A DNA stretch of 64,000 nucleotides from the human T2T-CHM13v2.0 reference genome, Homo sapiens. A program made the translations under genes and the position numbers. Under the pieces are notes generated by a model, which had not been told where the DNA came from, did no database searches, and was given only the letters and a program-made list of their open reading frames with translations. Where the stretch lies: NCBI RefSeq assembly GCF_009914755.1, contig NC_060933.1; one strand, written 5' to 3'. Positions 1-18,290 of this stretch are shown in pieces (position 1 is the stretch's first letter; every line of letters starts with the position of its first letter).

Positions 1-109
1 GGTTTCACTATGTTGCCCAAGCTGGTCTCGAACTCCTGAGCTCAGGCAATCCGCCCATCTGGGCCTGCCAAAGTGCTAGGATTACAGACGTGGGCCACTG
101 CATGCGGCC
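1..109 (-). mobile_element. AluS left arm, cut by the window edge
   Basis: Reverse complement of the Alu 5' consensus. Confidence 0.9.
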
Positions 110-169
110 TGGAGGTGACTCTTAAGGGATAAATTCTTATTTATCCCTGCGCTTGCTTGCTGTGTCAAC

Positions 170-1075
<906 letters not shown>

Positions 1076-1321
1076 CAATGTGAAAAAATAAAATTTCTTC
1101 ACCTAAGTAACTTATCTCAGACTTAATTCTAGAATGTCTTCACTACCCCATTTATAAAATGGATATAATGACAACTGTCCAAACTGGTTTTCAGTATTAC
1201 CAGAGAGATCAAATGAAAACACAAGCACAACTGCTTTGTAATAGTTAAGAAGTGCTCTGCAAATATAATTTACATGTGACTCAAAACAAGCAGTCAGGAG
1301 GTGAAGGGCCAAGTCACTCAC

Positions 1322-1449
1322 CATGGGCTGATCCTCATCAGTGGGATTGGGAAGCAGGTAAAGAATACAGTGCCGAGGAGAAAGGGCTTCCTCCCCCACA
1401 CATCAGACAGGGCACCAATGAGTGGGGCACTCAAAAAAGAGAGCAGGCC
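1322..1449 (-). CDS. MFSD14C: MFSD14-family coding exon (128 nt, phase 0-2): GLLSFLSAPLIGALSDVWGRKPFLLGTVFFTCFPIPLMRISP+TG
   Basis: Acceptor ttcttctccag|GGCCTG and donor CCCATG|gtgagt; carries MFS motif A (G-x-L-S-D-x-x-G-R-K). Confidence 0.93.
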
Positions 1450-1581
1450 CTGGAGAAGAAACCAAAGCAAAGGTTAGTTTTATAATCTGATCCCTCAATT
1501 ACCTGTAATTCATATTTTCTAAATGCATTAGCTCTAATTCATTGTACTGCCCCCAAAACAGAATAATACTTTGAAACATTA

Positions 1582-1930
<349 letters not shown>

Positions 1931-2699
1931 TATAACCAAAAATGTAAATGTTCTATCAGAAAGGGAAGGAAGAAGTAAAAAAGCTTGTTTTCCAGAAGAA
2001 ATTAGAAAAGAGCGATGACATGATATATATATACCCACATTTGACCCTTAAGACGAACACACACCAAGCATACGGGAAGAAGCTAGAAATTTGAATCACT
2101 TTAATAAATATATATGGCATATCAATTCTGCACAAAACTGCATTAACTGGTACAATGACACCCAAATGAATGTACACCATATACTATCCCCAGGGCCTCA
2201 CAGGGATAAAGAAGAGGAGTGTACATATGCTTAATGATCAAAAGAAAACTAGATTCTTTGTCAACTTTGTCAAAGTAAAGTTCTGCCTGATGAGTTTAGG
2301 AAGAAGGAGATAATCCAACCTGAACAACAACTACAGTTGAAACTAAGGGGAAGAGAATCTGACATAGATAACACCACACAGAAGCAAAGGAAGTCAAGGA
2401 ACTCACATTCACTGCTTGCCCACTATTTGCCAGTCACTCTGTTGGCTGGCCACCTTCATTTCAATGCTACAGATAAGCAGCAGGGTGGGGAGAGCAGGGA
2501 TGGACAAGAGTAGAAAAATGCTGATGAATAATGAAATAGGTGATGAGTACACAGGTATTCATCACACTATTCTTTTGTGTATCTGAATTTTCATGATACA
2601 TCTTAAAAATTCCTCAGCACATCACATAAATAGGACACTCCAAAACCCGGCTCCTGACACACATCCTCTGCTGTGGCTGCATGCGATACTTCCAGTTTT

Positions 2700-3010
2700 C
2701 TGGACATACAATGTTCCTGCGTGCCAACAGGCCTTTGCACGCACATCCATCCCACACTTGGAGCCTGGAAACTGCTAGTGATTCTTCCCAACCCTGGGAG
2801 AGAAGCACCTCCTCCTCTATCTAGTCTCTTAGCTCTTCTATTATAATTTCAGCACTCCATTAAATCACTTGTTATTTGTCTACCTTCTCTGCTGGATTCG
2901 AAATTGAGAATAAGGTCAGAAGGATGACATTTCTTCTTATCTCTGTACCCGTGGTGCCTATCACAGGGCCTGGTAAACACTGGTTTTCAAATACGTTTGG
3001 TGAATTGAAT
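2700..3010 (+). mobile_element. L2 3' fragment
   Basis: Ends with cagggcctggt...aatacgtttggtgaattgaat, the L2 3' terminus pattern. Confidence 0.6.
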
Positions 3011-3159
3011 AGAACTTTTCAGAGAAAATCAACTTACAGAAGTCTCCAAGTTCACATAATTGGAAAGAAAAAGGAACAGATTCCAATCCCCTATCAGCCA
3101 CCAACTGATTAACCCAGGACAGCAGACATAGGTAAACTGATAAGAGGAGGGACTCAAAG

Positions 3160-3295
3160 TGAAGCAGCTTCATTGTCTGGGGAAATACCTGCAGTTCATC
3201 ATCTTGCACCAAGAAGATTAAGGACATGGGCACACATGGGTGGGTGAAGGAGGGGAAAGTTTAATAGGCAAATGAAAGAAGAGAGCTTCCTCGTA
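3160..3295 (-). mobile_element. ERV1 LTR fragment (MER50-like)
   Basis: tgaagcagcttcattgtctggggaaatacc...ccaagaagattaaggaca resembles a MER50/MER4-group LTR end. Confidence 0.6.
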
Positions 3296-3607
3296 CAAAA
3301 GAATGATTATTATTAATACTTTATATCAAAGAAGCTGTGGGTAAGTTTAGCTTCAGGCATAGCTAGATGGACACAGGGAAGGACTTGTTCATATAGTGTC
3401 ATCTGGGTTCTCTCACCAATTCTTAGTAAGGTGTCTCAATGTAGTAAGCAGGACAGTTTTTGCAATCGTAGGCTTACTACAAGTTAAGTAACCCCAGTAG
3501 ACTGAGAAAATCGCAATACCTCTAGCAGAAAATTCCTCTGGAGAAATATCACTGATCTAGTTTGGATCATTTGCCCATTGTCCATGCAACTAGTTTAAAT
3601 CTCTACA

Positions 3608-3800
3608 CAGCCAACCCTCTGTATATGGAGGCTCCGTATCTGTAGATTCATCCATCATGGATGAAAAATATTTGGAAGAAAACAATTAAAAATAAGAACA
3701 CAACAATAAAAAATACAAATTAAAAAATACAGTTTAACAACTATTTACACAGTATTAGGTATTATAAGTCATCTAGAGATGAATTAAGAGTATAAGAAGA
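3608..3800. mobile_element. Tigger3-like (TcMar-Tigger) MITE fragment
   Basis: cagccaaccctctgtat...aacaactatttacacagtattaggtattataagtcatctagagat. Confidence 0.75.
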
Positions 3801-3878
3801 CTGAGAATGAGTGGCCTAACAGGTAGAAAGAAAACTATGCTAGGTCAAGTGAAGAAAGCAAGTAAAGAAAGCCTTTTA

Positions 3879-4271
<393 letters not shown>

Positions 4272-5256
4272 CTACTTGTAATGAATGTAAGATAGCATGG
4301 CAAAGAAAGAAATGGGGTAGTAGCCTGAGGAGAAAAGGAAAAGAGGTTTTGTTTTTAGATTGGAGAACTAGAATGCTTGTATGCTGGTAGGAATAATTTA
4401 GAGGGAAAGTTTAAAATACTGGGGAAAAAAGGCATAACTGCTGAATTCTTGAGAATGGATGAGATATGTGAAGAAGCTGGCTTTAGCAAGGAACAAGGAC
4501 AGTTCATCCTTAGAAACAGGAGAGGAAGTAGAGTATATGAGAACAGATACATGTAGGTGGATAGTAGATGTGGTGATGGGAGACTGAAATTTCTCTTTGC
4601 ATTGCTTCTATTTATTTAGTGACACAGTTAAGGTCATTAGATGGTGGAAAAGGTATTGCCTACAGACAGAGTAGCTGGAGAATTAAATTTTCAAGCGTTG
4701 GGGTTTAGCCAACCAAGTGTGACAGAGTAAAAAGAGGGCATGCTTTATATGCAAAGCAGTAATTATAATGATTGACCACAGAATTTAAGCCAAGAAAGAT
4801 GCAAGTGAGGATACAGGGGTAGGGGTGACAGTGAAAGGCAGGTAGGATGGGTTTTCAGTGCTGATATACTGAGCTGTAGTAAAAAATAGAGTAAGCTAGA
4901 ATGGTAAGGAGGTAGTGGTTGAATACTAGGATATATAGAGAAACAATATGTATAATGGTTAGAGTTTGGATGCTGGAAGCAATACTTTTTGGGATAAAAT
5001 TCTGGTTTGAGCAATTGCAGCTGTGAAACAATGGGCAAATTATCTTTCTCTCTCAATTTACTTACCTATGAAAGGGAATAATGAGTACCTATCCCTTAGA
5101 AAGTTTGCCATTATTAATACTGTGTAATGGTTAGAGTTATTGTAAGTGAATGGCTAACAGGGTGGAGTGAAATAGATCAAGGAACTGAAAGACCACTATT
5201 ATTGGAAGGATAATCTGTGTGGATACTGAAACCACCAAGAAATAAGACAGGTCTTT

Positions 5257-5550
5257 GCCAGACACAGTGGCTCACGCCTGTAATCCCAGCACTTTGGGAG
5301 GCCGAGGTGGGAGGATCACGAGGTCAAGAGTTTGAGACCAGCCTGGCCAACATGGTGAAACCCCGTCTCTACTAAAAATACAAAAATTAGCCAGGTGTGG
5401 TGGTGTGTGCCTGTAATCTCAGCTACTTGGGAGTCTGAGGCAGGAGAATCACTTGAACCCGGACAGCGGGGAGTTGCAGCAAGCCGAGATCGCACCACTG
5501 CACCCCAGCCTAGGCGACAGGGTGGGACTCCGTCTCAAAAAAAAAAAAAA
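5257..5550 (+). mobile_element. AluSg-like
   Basis: Full dimer; TSD-like AAGACA(G/A)GTCTT. Confidence 0.92.
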
Positions 5551-5936
5551 GACAAGTCTTGAATATTGCTAAAATTTCCTATTCAGCCACTGGTAGGATT
5601 ATATTGTTGCACATTAGTGGTAAACACAAATTACCTAAATTTGGTCATAATAGTTGTTAAAAACAAAATTTTTAAAGTATTGATTTTAAAACTATTTAAG
5701 TTTAATGTAGAATATTTTTTGCCAAATTTAAAATTTTACCCTAATTGTTATTTCACAATTTTTTCTTTTATATTTGTAGAATATACTTCAACAACAGCAA
5801 CAAAAGGTTTCTCAACAATCTAGAATTGTTCAGAGTGAGACTGAAAAGTTGTATTAGCAGTTCATAAAGGTCTGTTGTATGTGGCAACACAATACATTGT
5901 TATAAAGCATAATGTATTTATGGAAGTAGAAGGTAG

Positions 5937-6072
5937 TTCTTTCCAAGTTTATGAGAAAAAACATTTCAGATTTTTAACTACTTTCCATTTTGAATTCATT
6001 GTTTCTTTCCAAGTTTATGAGAAAAAACATTTCAGATTTTTAACTACTTTCCATTCTGAATTCGTTGTTTCT
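5937..6072. repeat. 66-bp tandem duplication (2 copies)
   Basis: TTCTTTCCAAGTTTATGAGAAAAAACATTTCAG... starts at 5937 and 6003; 2 mismatches; TTCT microhomology. Confidence 0.95.
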
Positions 6073-6335
6073 GATGTAAGTAATAAATGTATTTTTACTT
6101 TAGGATTCTAATGGTTTTGTGAGGATTATTCCAAACTAAAGAGTGGCAAATTGGGAATTTTATTTAGAGATGTACTTATGCATAAACTCTGTATGCTACT
6201 AATACTTTAGTCATAGTTCTCTGTTTTAACTGGAAACAGAAAGTCTGTAAATCATGTCCAGGTTGTGTTTCACTTGTTTATGTATCCAGTGTTTGTTAAA
6301 TAATAAAAAGTACCCAAATGGGAGGATGTCTCTGG

Positions 6336-6580
6336 CACACCCAGCTAATTTTGCATTTTTAGTAAAGACAGGGTTTCTCGATGTTGGTCAGGCTGGTCTC
6401 AAACTCCCAACCTCAGGTGATCCGCCCACCTCGGCCTCCCAAAGTGCTGGGATTACAGGCATGAGCCACCGTGCCCGACCTACCCTGACTTTTTTTTTAC
6501 GCAATGTGTCCTTCTGAACACTGTAGACCAAGCCCCAGAAGCTGCACCTGTGGGAAAGGCTGTATTTGTTATCTGTAGTC
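6336..6580 (+). repeat. 245-bp direct copy of 7507-7751 (half Alu plus YRDC 3'UTR)
   Basis: About 18 mismatches in 245 bp by hand count; includes the unique Alu/UTR junction. Confidence 0.92.
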
Positions 6581-7240
6581 AGTCCAGGGGGATCCGAGGG
6601 CCACAGTGGCTGCCAGTGTGGGACAGAGCGAGGGGGCAAGCCCAGAGTGTTCAGCCATGGCTGAGCTGCACACCAGCACCATGGTAGCCATCCCACCAAT
6701 ATGCCACATGGCCTGGCCTGCCCGGCAAGCTGCTCAGTGGCCCTGCGCATTGTGTACCGTCTCAAGGGCTGCAGGAAGGCCAAGTTACTGGCTGTATGAG
6801 AGTAGTACCCCAGGAGCTCCTCAAAGACCTAGTGCCAGGACGAGTGTCCCTGGTGATGGAACGTTCAGAGGAGCTCAACAACGACCTAAACCCCTTTACT
6901 CCTCTTACAAGGTATCCGGATTCCTGATTATGCCTTTATGCAAGACTTGGCCAAGATGTATGAGCATCCTCTTGCTCTCACTAGTGCCAACCTCAGCTCC
7001 CAGGACAGTTCTCTGAATGCCATGGAGTTATAAGACCTCTGGCCTCAGTTGTCCTTGGTCATTGATGGGGGACAAGCTAGGGATAGCCAGATCCCTGAGT
7101 GTTACCTTGGCTCAACTGTGGTTGACTTATCTGTGCATAGAAAGTTTGGCATCATTCGTCCAGGCTGTGTCCTGGAAAGTACTACAGCCTTTCTTCAACA
7201 GAGGTATGGGTTGCACCCCTCATGTGCATCCTACTTGTGA

Positions 7241-7651
<411 letters not shown>

Positions 7652-8536
7652 TAGCCTGACTTTTTTTTAATGCAATGTGTCTTTCTGAACACTGTAGACC
7701 AATCCCCAGAAGCTGCACCTGTGGGAAAGGCTATATTTAATATTTGTAGTCTCATATATCAGCCAAAAGCTGAACGGAGAGATTAACAACATTCCTAGGT
7801 GGCATTATTCTAATAAGTTTATTTTTTTAATTGAAAAGTAATTTAAATAGCAGATGTAGAATCTAATGAGAGCCTCCTCTCTGCTGGGTGGTAGCATTCA
7901 AAATGGTTCAGACCAGCTACAAGTGCCAACGCTGTTTAAAAAGTCTCAGGTGACCAAAGGCATGGGTTGGCCTCCTGAAGCTGGAACCAGGTAGAGCCAC
8001 GGGCCAAACACTCTCTCCTCTGAACCAGTGGAGCTAGTGGTATCAAATACTGTAATTGCTGGTGGGGAGAGCAGTCATTTTGATCTAACGCTGGGACGTC
8101 GGCTCAGTTGGTGGGGGTGGTCCAAATTAAAGAATATTGAGAAATAAATCTCCACTATCCTTTTCAGCCAGGGACTTTTTTCTTATTTATTCATAAATTA
8201 AGTTGTAGTTATACCTATAACACTTTTATCTAAGTCCAGTGTTCTCAGTAGCCTTTGGTCTATTTATGTGTACTAAGTGTTCAACATAATTACTGTTGGG
8301 CATTTGAACTCGGCTTTAGTAAAAAGACATACAGCTATAAAAAAAAAAGTACCCAAATGATAAAAAATAAATAAAATGCCGTTTTACATATAAATATCCT
8401 CAAATTATTTTTGAAAACAGGCAAATAATAAATATGATTTATTAATATTTAACATTATTTATTATATGAATGTTTTTTAAGAGCTATGAAAATAACGAAT
8501 TACAATGGCTAAATTCAGCACATTACTAGGGCATAA

Positions 8537-8835
<299 letters not shown>

Positions 8836-8987
8836 TTGGGAATAATTTTAAGTATGTTGTTCAGTACAATGTATAATTATGCATAGATTGACATTATCTA
8901 AACTGGAAAGCACAAATTAGACCCTATACTCATATGCTTTACTATAAGAGACTAAAAAATACTATTATACTTTAAACCCCTATTTAA

Positions 8988-10132
<1,145 letters not shown>

Positions 10133-10613
10133 TTAAAGCCGTTTTTATATATATCATATTAAAATCGACATAATGAATTAAGACTAATTAAATCAAGTGG
10201 CTGAGTTATTACAAAGCCATGGCCAGTGTTACCAGCTTGGCTTCCTTCTTCCTCAGATATACTTCTTTTTAGTACACCTAAAAAGAAGATGGTAGCAATT
10301 GCCCACTTTATTCTGTTGATAGGCAGAGAAGTTAAAAGTTACATAATAATTAAGCCCTTTTGTGTACACAATAATAAAAATGAAGTTAGGCCTATAGAGT
10401 ATTCACACTGCTATTTGCCAGTAAACCATTCTATGCCTTATGTATTTGTGTAGTATTTTAAAGTGACTTTTAATAACCCAGCTAAAAATTTAGATTTCAG
10501 TCTCCAGAACAAATAGTATTTGTTTCCCAAAGTCCCACTAAAACTTCCAGAGTTAAACTACCAAGGATTCCTGACTTTGGTTCATTACAAACCACATAAA
10601 AATTTTTTCTTAC

Positions 10614-10676
10614 CTTTACACCTTGAATGAGACCATTCATGAGGAATGTGTGTTGAGAAAATGTTTCATGTAGAAC
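10614..10676 (-). CDS. MFSD14C: MFSD14-family coding exon (63 nt, phase 0-0): VLHETFSQHTFLMNGLIQGVK
   Basis: Acceptor tttttgtag|GTTCTA and donor GTAAAG|gtaaga; too short for the ORF track; ETFSQH matches the MFSD14B/C type rather than MFSD14A (ETFPKH, from recollection). Confidence 0.93.
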
Positions 10677-10809
10677 CTACAAAAAGCAAACAAACATCAA
10701 GACAAATTCAAATTTCAGTTAAAGGAAAAATTTTCTGCCTCTCTTAATGGCATGCTACATAAATGAGCCCTGCAATGAAACATTATAAAATATCAATTAA
10801 AAAAAAATA

Positions 10810-11375
10810 AAAATAAACAAACTGTGGTACATCCAGACTATCACTAAAAAGAAATGAGCTACCAAGCCACTAAAAAACATGGAGGAACCTCAAATGCACA
10901 TAGTTAAGTGAAACAAACCAATCTGAAAAGGCTACATATTGTATTGTATAATTCCAAGTATATGACATTCTGGAAAAGGTAAAACTATGGAAACGATAAA
11001 AAGATCAGTGGTGGCCAGGGACTGTGAAGGAGGGAGGGATGAATAGGCAGAGCACAGGGGATTTTTAGGGCAATGAAAATGCTTTGTATGATACTATGAT
11101 GGTGGATACATGCATTATATATTTATCAAAACTCAGCATATAGAATACCAAGAGTGAAACCTAAACTACAGAATTTGGGTGATAACAGTATGTCAATGTA
11201 AGTTCATCAAATAAAACAAATGTACCCCTTTAGAAAGGAATGTCCATAGTAAAAAAATAAAAAGGGGGGGGGTATGCATATGTAGGGGAAGGGATACAGG
11301 GGAAATCTCTGTACCTTCCTCTCAATTTTGCTGTGAACCTTAAATGACTCTTTAAAAAATTAAGTCTTTAAAAAA
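10810..11375 (+). mobile_element. L1MC1-like 3' end
   Basis: atctgaaaaggctacata, tatgacattctggaaaagg and aattttgctgtgaacct motifs. Confidence 0.8.
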
Positions 11376-11642
11376 CGGAAATTAAAATCTACTCACAAAT
11401 TATTTCCAACCTTTCCTCTAACAACATTATTTTTAAGGTTTAGAAAAAGTTTGTCATCTCAGCTACTGACATTTGAACTCTACTTGCCTGTACTGAAGAA
11501 AAAGAAAAGCAAATGAAGGACACCAAATATTTCAAGTGAAATACCAAAGTTATAAGAAAAAATCTTCCAAAAATAATAAATGTAAGTCACAGAGATACAG
11601 AAATTTTCTTTAAAGAATATAAAGACTAGAACTGTTGAATAA

Positions 11643-12023
<381 letters not shown>

Positions 12024-12865
12024 TGATCATGTCCATTATTAACCCATTGTCTCTCAGTCCCACATTCTCCCTTCTATACTCTATCAGATCAGAGATAAGA
12101 GACTATGGACATTCCTCTGACTCCCTTTCCCGACAGGCTTCCTCTTAGTTTCTTTCAGTGGGAAATACAGGGTGGAGTGAGTGCTGGTCAACACTGCACC
12201 AACACCTCCAGGGTTCTCTCATGCTGTCAAAGGAGCAGCAGTGCTGATCCTTCCCTGCCCCCACCTCAAACCTCACCCTCTCGACCTCAGACCACTGCTA
12301 GAATTCTACATGGAAAATGATGCAAACCTGCATTCCCTTTGTACAGGTGATGCAGTTTAGGAATAAGAGATCATCATTTTAATTTGGCAAAACCGTATCT
12401 ATGGATGAATGACAAAATACATACTTAATGAGTTGCACACTAAATAGATCTCATGTAATTTCTGACCACATGGGCCCATTTCTGAGCAATCAAGCTACCA
12501 TGCAGGCAATTCCTCTAAAAATGTTCAATCCATGCTTTTAAAAACTTTTCTACTGTTTTCTACCCACCCTCCCCCAAAAAAGGAAACAGTGAAATCTTAC
12601 TAAAGAAAAAAGTAAAACAAGTCAGTAATAATTTTAAAAGGCTAACCTTCATAAAATAAAGCAGTTGTAAATAAAACAGATATATTCTACTCAGGCTTAT
12701 GATAAAGTTTAAAAACCAAAATAAAGTCTGTAAATAATTTAGCTACAAAAGGCAACAAATGTTATCAGAATAAAGTAAACCTAATAATAAAAGGTGTATT
12801 AAATATCTCAGAGAAGATCAAAGCTTTCATTTTTAACATCTCTATATGAAAAAAAACTCAAGCTT

Positions 12866-13045
12866 AGCCAGGCACAGTGGCATACACCTGTAATCCTAGC
12901 TACTGAGGAAGCTGAAGTGGGAAGATTGCCTTGAGCCCGGAAGATCAAGTCTACAGTGAGCTATGATTGCACCACTGCACTCTAGCCTGGGCAACAGAGC
13001 AAGACCTTGTATCTATCTATCTATGTAAATAAATAAATAAAAATA
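12866..13045 (+). mobile_element. FRAM/AluJ right monomer
   Basis: ttagccaggcacagtgg...gagctatgattgcaccactgcac; (TCTA)n/(TAAA)n tail. Confidence 0.85.
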
Positions 13046-13918
13046 ACTCAAGGAAAATATCCCCTTTAAGTATTCTTGAGAAGGACTACAGTAAACATAA
13101 AATAAAATGGCGTTTTCCTGAAAAAAATAGGAAACATTTTACAAGAAAAAAAATGACACTTGCTTATCACTTTTAAAACAGTAACTATAAAGTTTTAAGA
13201 AATGAACTGTCTTCCAGTACAACAAAGCTTAGAAATATCTACATGTAATAAACATACACAGAGCTGTGTTTCTCCACTTGCACAGATATAACAGAAAAAA
13301 CATGAAATTAAATTTACAGCATTCCTAGAAAGCCAAGAATCATAAGGCGCTTCTGGATGATACAGAACAGATGAGAAAAGACTGACAACAAAAAAAGAGC
13401 TGAAGAAAAGTAGCACTTGAAGGTGAAATAGAAGACCTTGAAGAAGTTCATTTTCCAGAACCCAGAAAGAAACCTCCCAAATCAGAGGAGTAGGAAAAAA
13501 TAGCCATAAATGAAAGGGTACTAAAAGGTCACAAAGTAAGCTCCCTGGTGTCTTCCTCTCAAAGCTGCTGACCTACAGATATGGCACCAGGATAACAATC
13601 ACAAGCATAGTTCTCTGAAAACTGTGGGACTTCTAAGTGGGATACTTGCAGGATTGAATGGAATGAGATTCAAAAAGGACGGTGCCCCAGATCTCTTATG
13701 GCTGCCAAAAGTGCACAAAGTCCTATGACCACATAATCCTATAGAGTACTTCAGTACTCTAGAATATCCACACTTTCACAGAGCAAGAGTGCCTATAACC
13801 AGTCCCTGCATTAAATTTTAGGGAATAAGGCTTTCCACCTGGGCTGAAGAACTACACTCTAGTAACCACAGGTATCTAGACTACAGGTGGAAAACTGGCT
13901 ACAGCCTGACTGTAAACT

Positions 13919-14379
13919 TGAAACAGCCTTTGCAAAATTATGACTGAGACAGTGAAAGATCTAACTTAACCGACTCCATCTTACTTCTAACCTCCAAGCT
14001 GTCCTTGCTCATTCCTGGGCATAGCATGAACTTTGGGAGAAACTTAGTTTATAGTTTTTTAAAACAAAGACAGTAATAGCCCTTTCCCAAAGCAGACCTC
14101 CTTCTTGCCTGGAGACTAGACTGCCTTTGTAGGACCAACATTAGCCACAAGATTAGAAATTATGGTTTACGAATCAGGTAGCTAGAGGCTACAGGATTCT
14201 GACCCTCCCCAAACTGCTCCTAATATCACTGCTTGAGATATTTTGCAGACCCTGCACGTAATGGATCAGCTGGCACCACCCAGATCGATAAACTGGCTCA
14301 TCTGATCTTGTGGCCCCAACTCAAGAACTGACTCAACTCAAGAAGACAGCTTCAACGCCCCATGATTTCATCCATGACC

Positions 14380-14381
<2 letters not shown>
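13919..14381 (+). mobile_element. LTR8 (ERV1), 3'-truncated
   Basis: Starts TGAAACAGCCTTTGCAAAATTATGACTGAGACAGTGAAAG; ends abruptly at the inverted duplication without a polyA signal or terminal CA. Confidence 0.85.
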
Positions 14382-15315
<934 letters not shown>

Positions 15316-15330
15316 TATACAAGATATTAT

Positions 15331-15740
<410 letters not shown>

Positions 15741-16041
15741 TTATGACAAAAGTGACACAGTACAGTGGGGAAAGAAGAATTTTTTCAATAAATGATGCTG
15801 GTTCAACTATATATTCTTCTGCAACCAAAGTGAATACTGACCCCCTACCAAACACAGTGATCTTTTTGGATGATAGGACTACATGAGAACAATAAACCAA
15901 TTAAGGTTTGTGGTAGAAAAAGTTGTCTTAAACAGGATTTTTTAAAAACACTAACCATAAGCAAAAATAAATTCAACTACATAAAAACTTAAATTCAATT
16001 AAAATTAGTGTCATCCAAAGGCATTAAGAGAACAGAAAGGC

Positions 16042-16598
16042 CCTGGCATTGAAGAATTCAGGTGAAGATGCTGCCATTCTTGAACTCTGAAAGCCAAACT
16101 AGAATCTTCAGAGCAGCCTCAGTCTTAAAATTCAAGCTTCTTTTTCCTACTTTTTATTTCAGTGATATTTAGGACACTCTATATTTCATAAGAGTTATGA
16201 TCTAACTGGCTCTATAAGCCCAAGTATAAAAATCCTTACCACCTAGCAAGAGACCCACAGAACTAGTCAGTAGTAAGACTGAGGTCACATATTGGAAAAA
16301 ATATACTAGACCAGGGTTATACACAGGGACCATCCAGCGATAGAGATGTTGCTGGCAAGTAACCATAGTGGTGGGTGACCACTAGCGAAAAGGGCTGAAG
16401 AGACCTCAGAAGGTTATCCGGGTTATCTGGGTAGACCTGTGTCTTTTTCCATGCCCGAGGGTCACGACGTCACTATGCAGGGCACACGTGGCTTGGTTTA
16501 AAAAGGTCACCTTAATCTTAGCAAATGTAATAAATCATTTTTTAGATCCTGAAATTTATAATAAAAATACTTTACCTACCCTGAAAAAAAAAAAAAAA
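16042..16598 (+). pseudogene. 5'-truncated processed retrocopy of an mRNA 3'UTR (or an orphan L1 transduction); parent not identified
   Basis: Non-repeat sequence interrupting an L1 fragment; AATAAA at 16560-16565, A15 tail at 16584-16598, and 15-bp TSD AGAGAACAGAAAGGC at 16027-16041 and 16606-16620. Confidence 0.8.
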
Positions 16599-16627
16599 GA
16601 GAGAGAGAGAACAGAAAGGCAATCCCA

Positions 16628-16931
16628 GGCTGGGCATTCTGGCTCACATCTGTAATCCCAGCACTTTGGGAAGTCAAGGCAGGCAGATCACTTGAGGTCA
16701 GGAGTTCAAGATCAGCCTGCCCAACATGGTGAAACCCCATCTCTACTAAAAATACAAAAATTAGCCAGGCTTGGTGGCACGCGCCTGTATTCCAAACTAC
16801 TTGGGAGGCTGAGGCAGGGGAACTGCTTGAACCCGGGAGGCAGAGGTTGCAGTGAACCGATATCGCACCACTGCACACTCCAGCCTAGGCAACAAGAGCA
16901 AGACTCCATCTCGAAAAAAAAAAAAAAAAAG
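16628..16931 (+). mobile_element. AluS
   Basis: Full dimer; TSD AGAAAG(G/A)CAATCC. Confidence 0.92.
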
Positions 16932-17459
16932 GAAGAAAGACAATCCAAGAATAAGGAAAAGATATCAATAATAAGTATATGTGTGCGTATAGAGACGAAC
17001 GTACACATGAAAAAAATTGTACCTAGAATATATAAAGAACTCCTACAAATAAGAAAAAGGGACACAACCCAATTTTTTAAAAACTGATGAAACACATGAA
17101 CTGACACTTAACAAAAAGATATTCACACGGCCAATAAATATATGTTATACGTAAAGGGGGTTAACTTCATTGGTCGTTAGGAATATGCAAATTAAGACCA
17201 TAATGTACCTACCAGAATTCAAATTGCTGGTGAAGACATGGAGTCTGCCTGGCTGAAGAGTAAATTGTTCACCCACTCTGGAAAACTTTTAGCACTACAT
17301 AGTGATGCTGAACACAACCATGCAATTTTACTCCCAGATATATACTCCAAGAAACACGTATACATGTTCACCAAAAGATATATACAAGAAATATTACAAC
17401 AGCAATATTTGTAATAGGCAAAAACCGGAAACCCAAATGTCCAACACCAGAATGGATTT

Positions 17460-18290
17460 GTGTCAATAGACTCCAGGACCATCTCTAAGTTCAGCAATTT
17501 GCTAAGAGGATTCCAGGACTCTGAAACTGTTATACTTACAGTTTATTACAGCAAAAGGACACAAAGCAAAATCAGCAAAGGCAAAAGGGACATCAGGCAA
17601 AGTCTGGAGGAAGCCAGGTGCATGCTTCTAAGAGTCCTCTCCCAGTGGAGTCACACATAAAGCATTTAATCCCTCCAGCAATAAACTGTAACAATGGCCA
17701 GGCACAGTGGCTCAAGCACTTTGGGAGTCCGAAGCGGGTGAATCACTTGAGGCCAGGAGTTTGAGACCAGTCTGGCCAACATGGCGAAACCCCATCTCTA
17801 CTAAAAATACAAAAACTAGCCGGGACTCGGGAGGCTGAGGCAGGAGAATCACTTGAACCCAGGAGGCGGAGCTGCTGTGAGCCGAGATAGCGCAACTACA
17901 CTCCAGCCTGGGCAACAGAGCCAGGCTCTGTCTCGGAGGAAAAGAAAAGAAAAAGAGAAACTATAACAACATTATGTGAAGTGTTGTCGGCTATGGAAGC
18001 TCACAAAAGCCTAGGAGTCCAGGGTTTTTCTTGGTGGGTGATCTTCAAGGCACACAATGAATGACCAGCTACCAAAGCTCTCTAGTTCACGAGAAGGAAA
18101 GGTGTTCACCATAAATAATGCTGTTTGCACAAACTGGAACAGTCAAGTTCAAAGATTCAATCACACAAAACGCAAAATATTCCAAGAGCTCAATTCTGGC
18201 CTGTCAAGGAACAGTCACAGAAAATGGTCCTCTTGGGAACATGAAAGACTTGAGCAACTTGGGCCTGCTGAATTAATCCTTTCCTGCCCA
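17460..18290 (-). mobile_element. MER21/MER77-like LTR containing an internally deleted Alu (17696-17958, +)
   Basis: tttattacagcaaaaggacacaaagcaaaatcagcaaagg...ctctcccagtggagtcacaca; ends gcctgctgaattaatcctttcctgc. Confidence 0.7.

Noticed and set aside
5875-6111. ORF with a 22-aa repeat (SFQVYEKKHFRFLTTFH)
   Set aside because: By-product of the 66-bp tandem duplication; non-ATG start and no splice or homology support.
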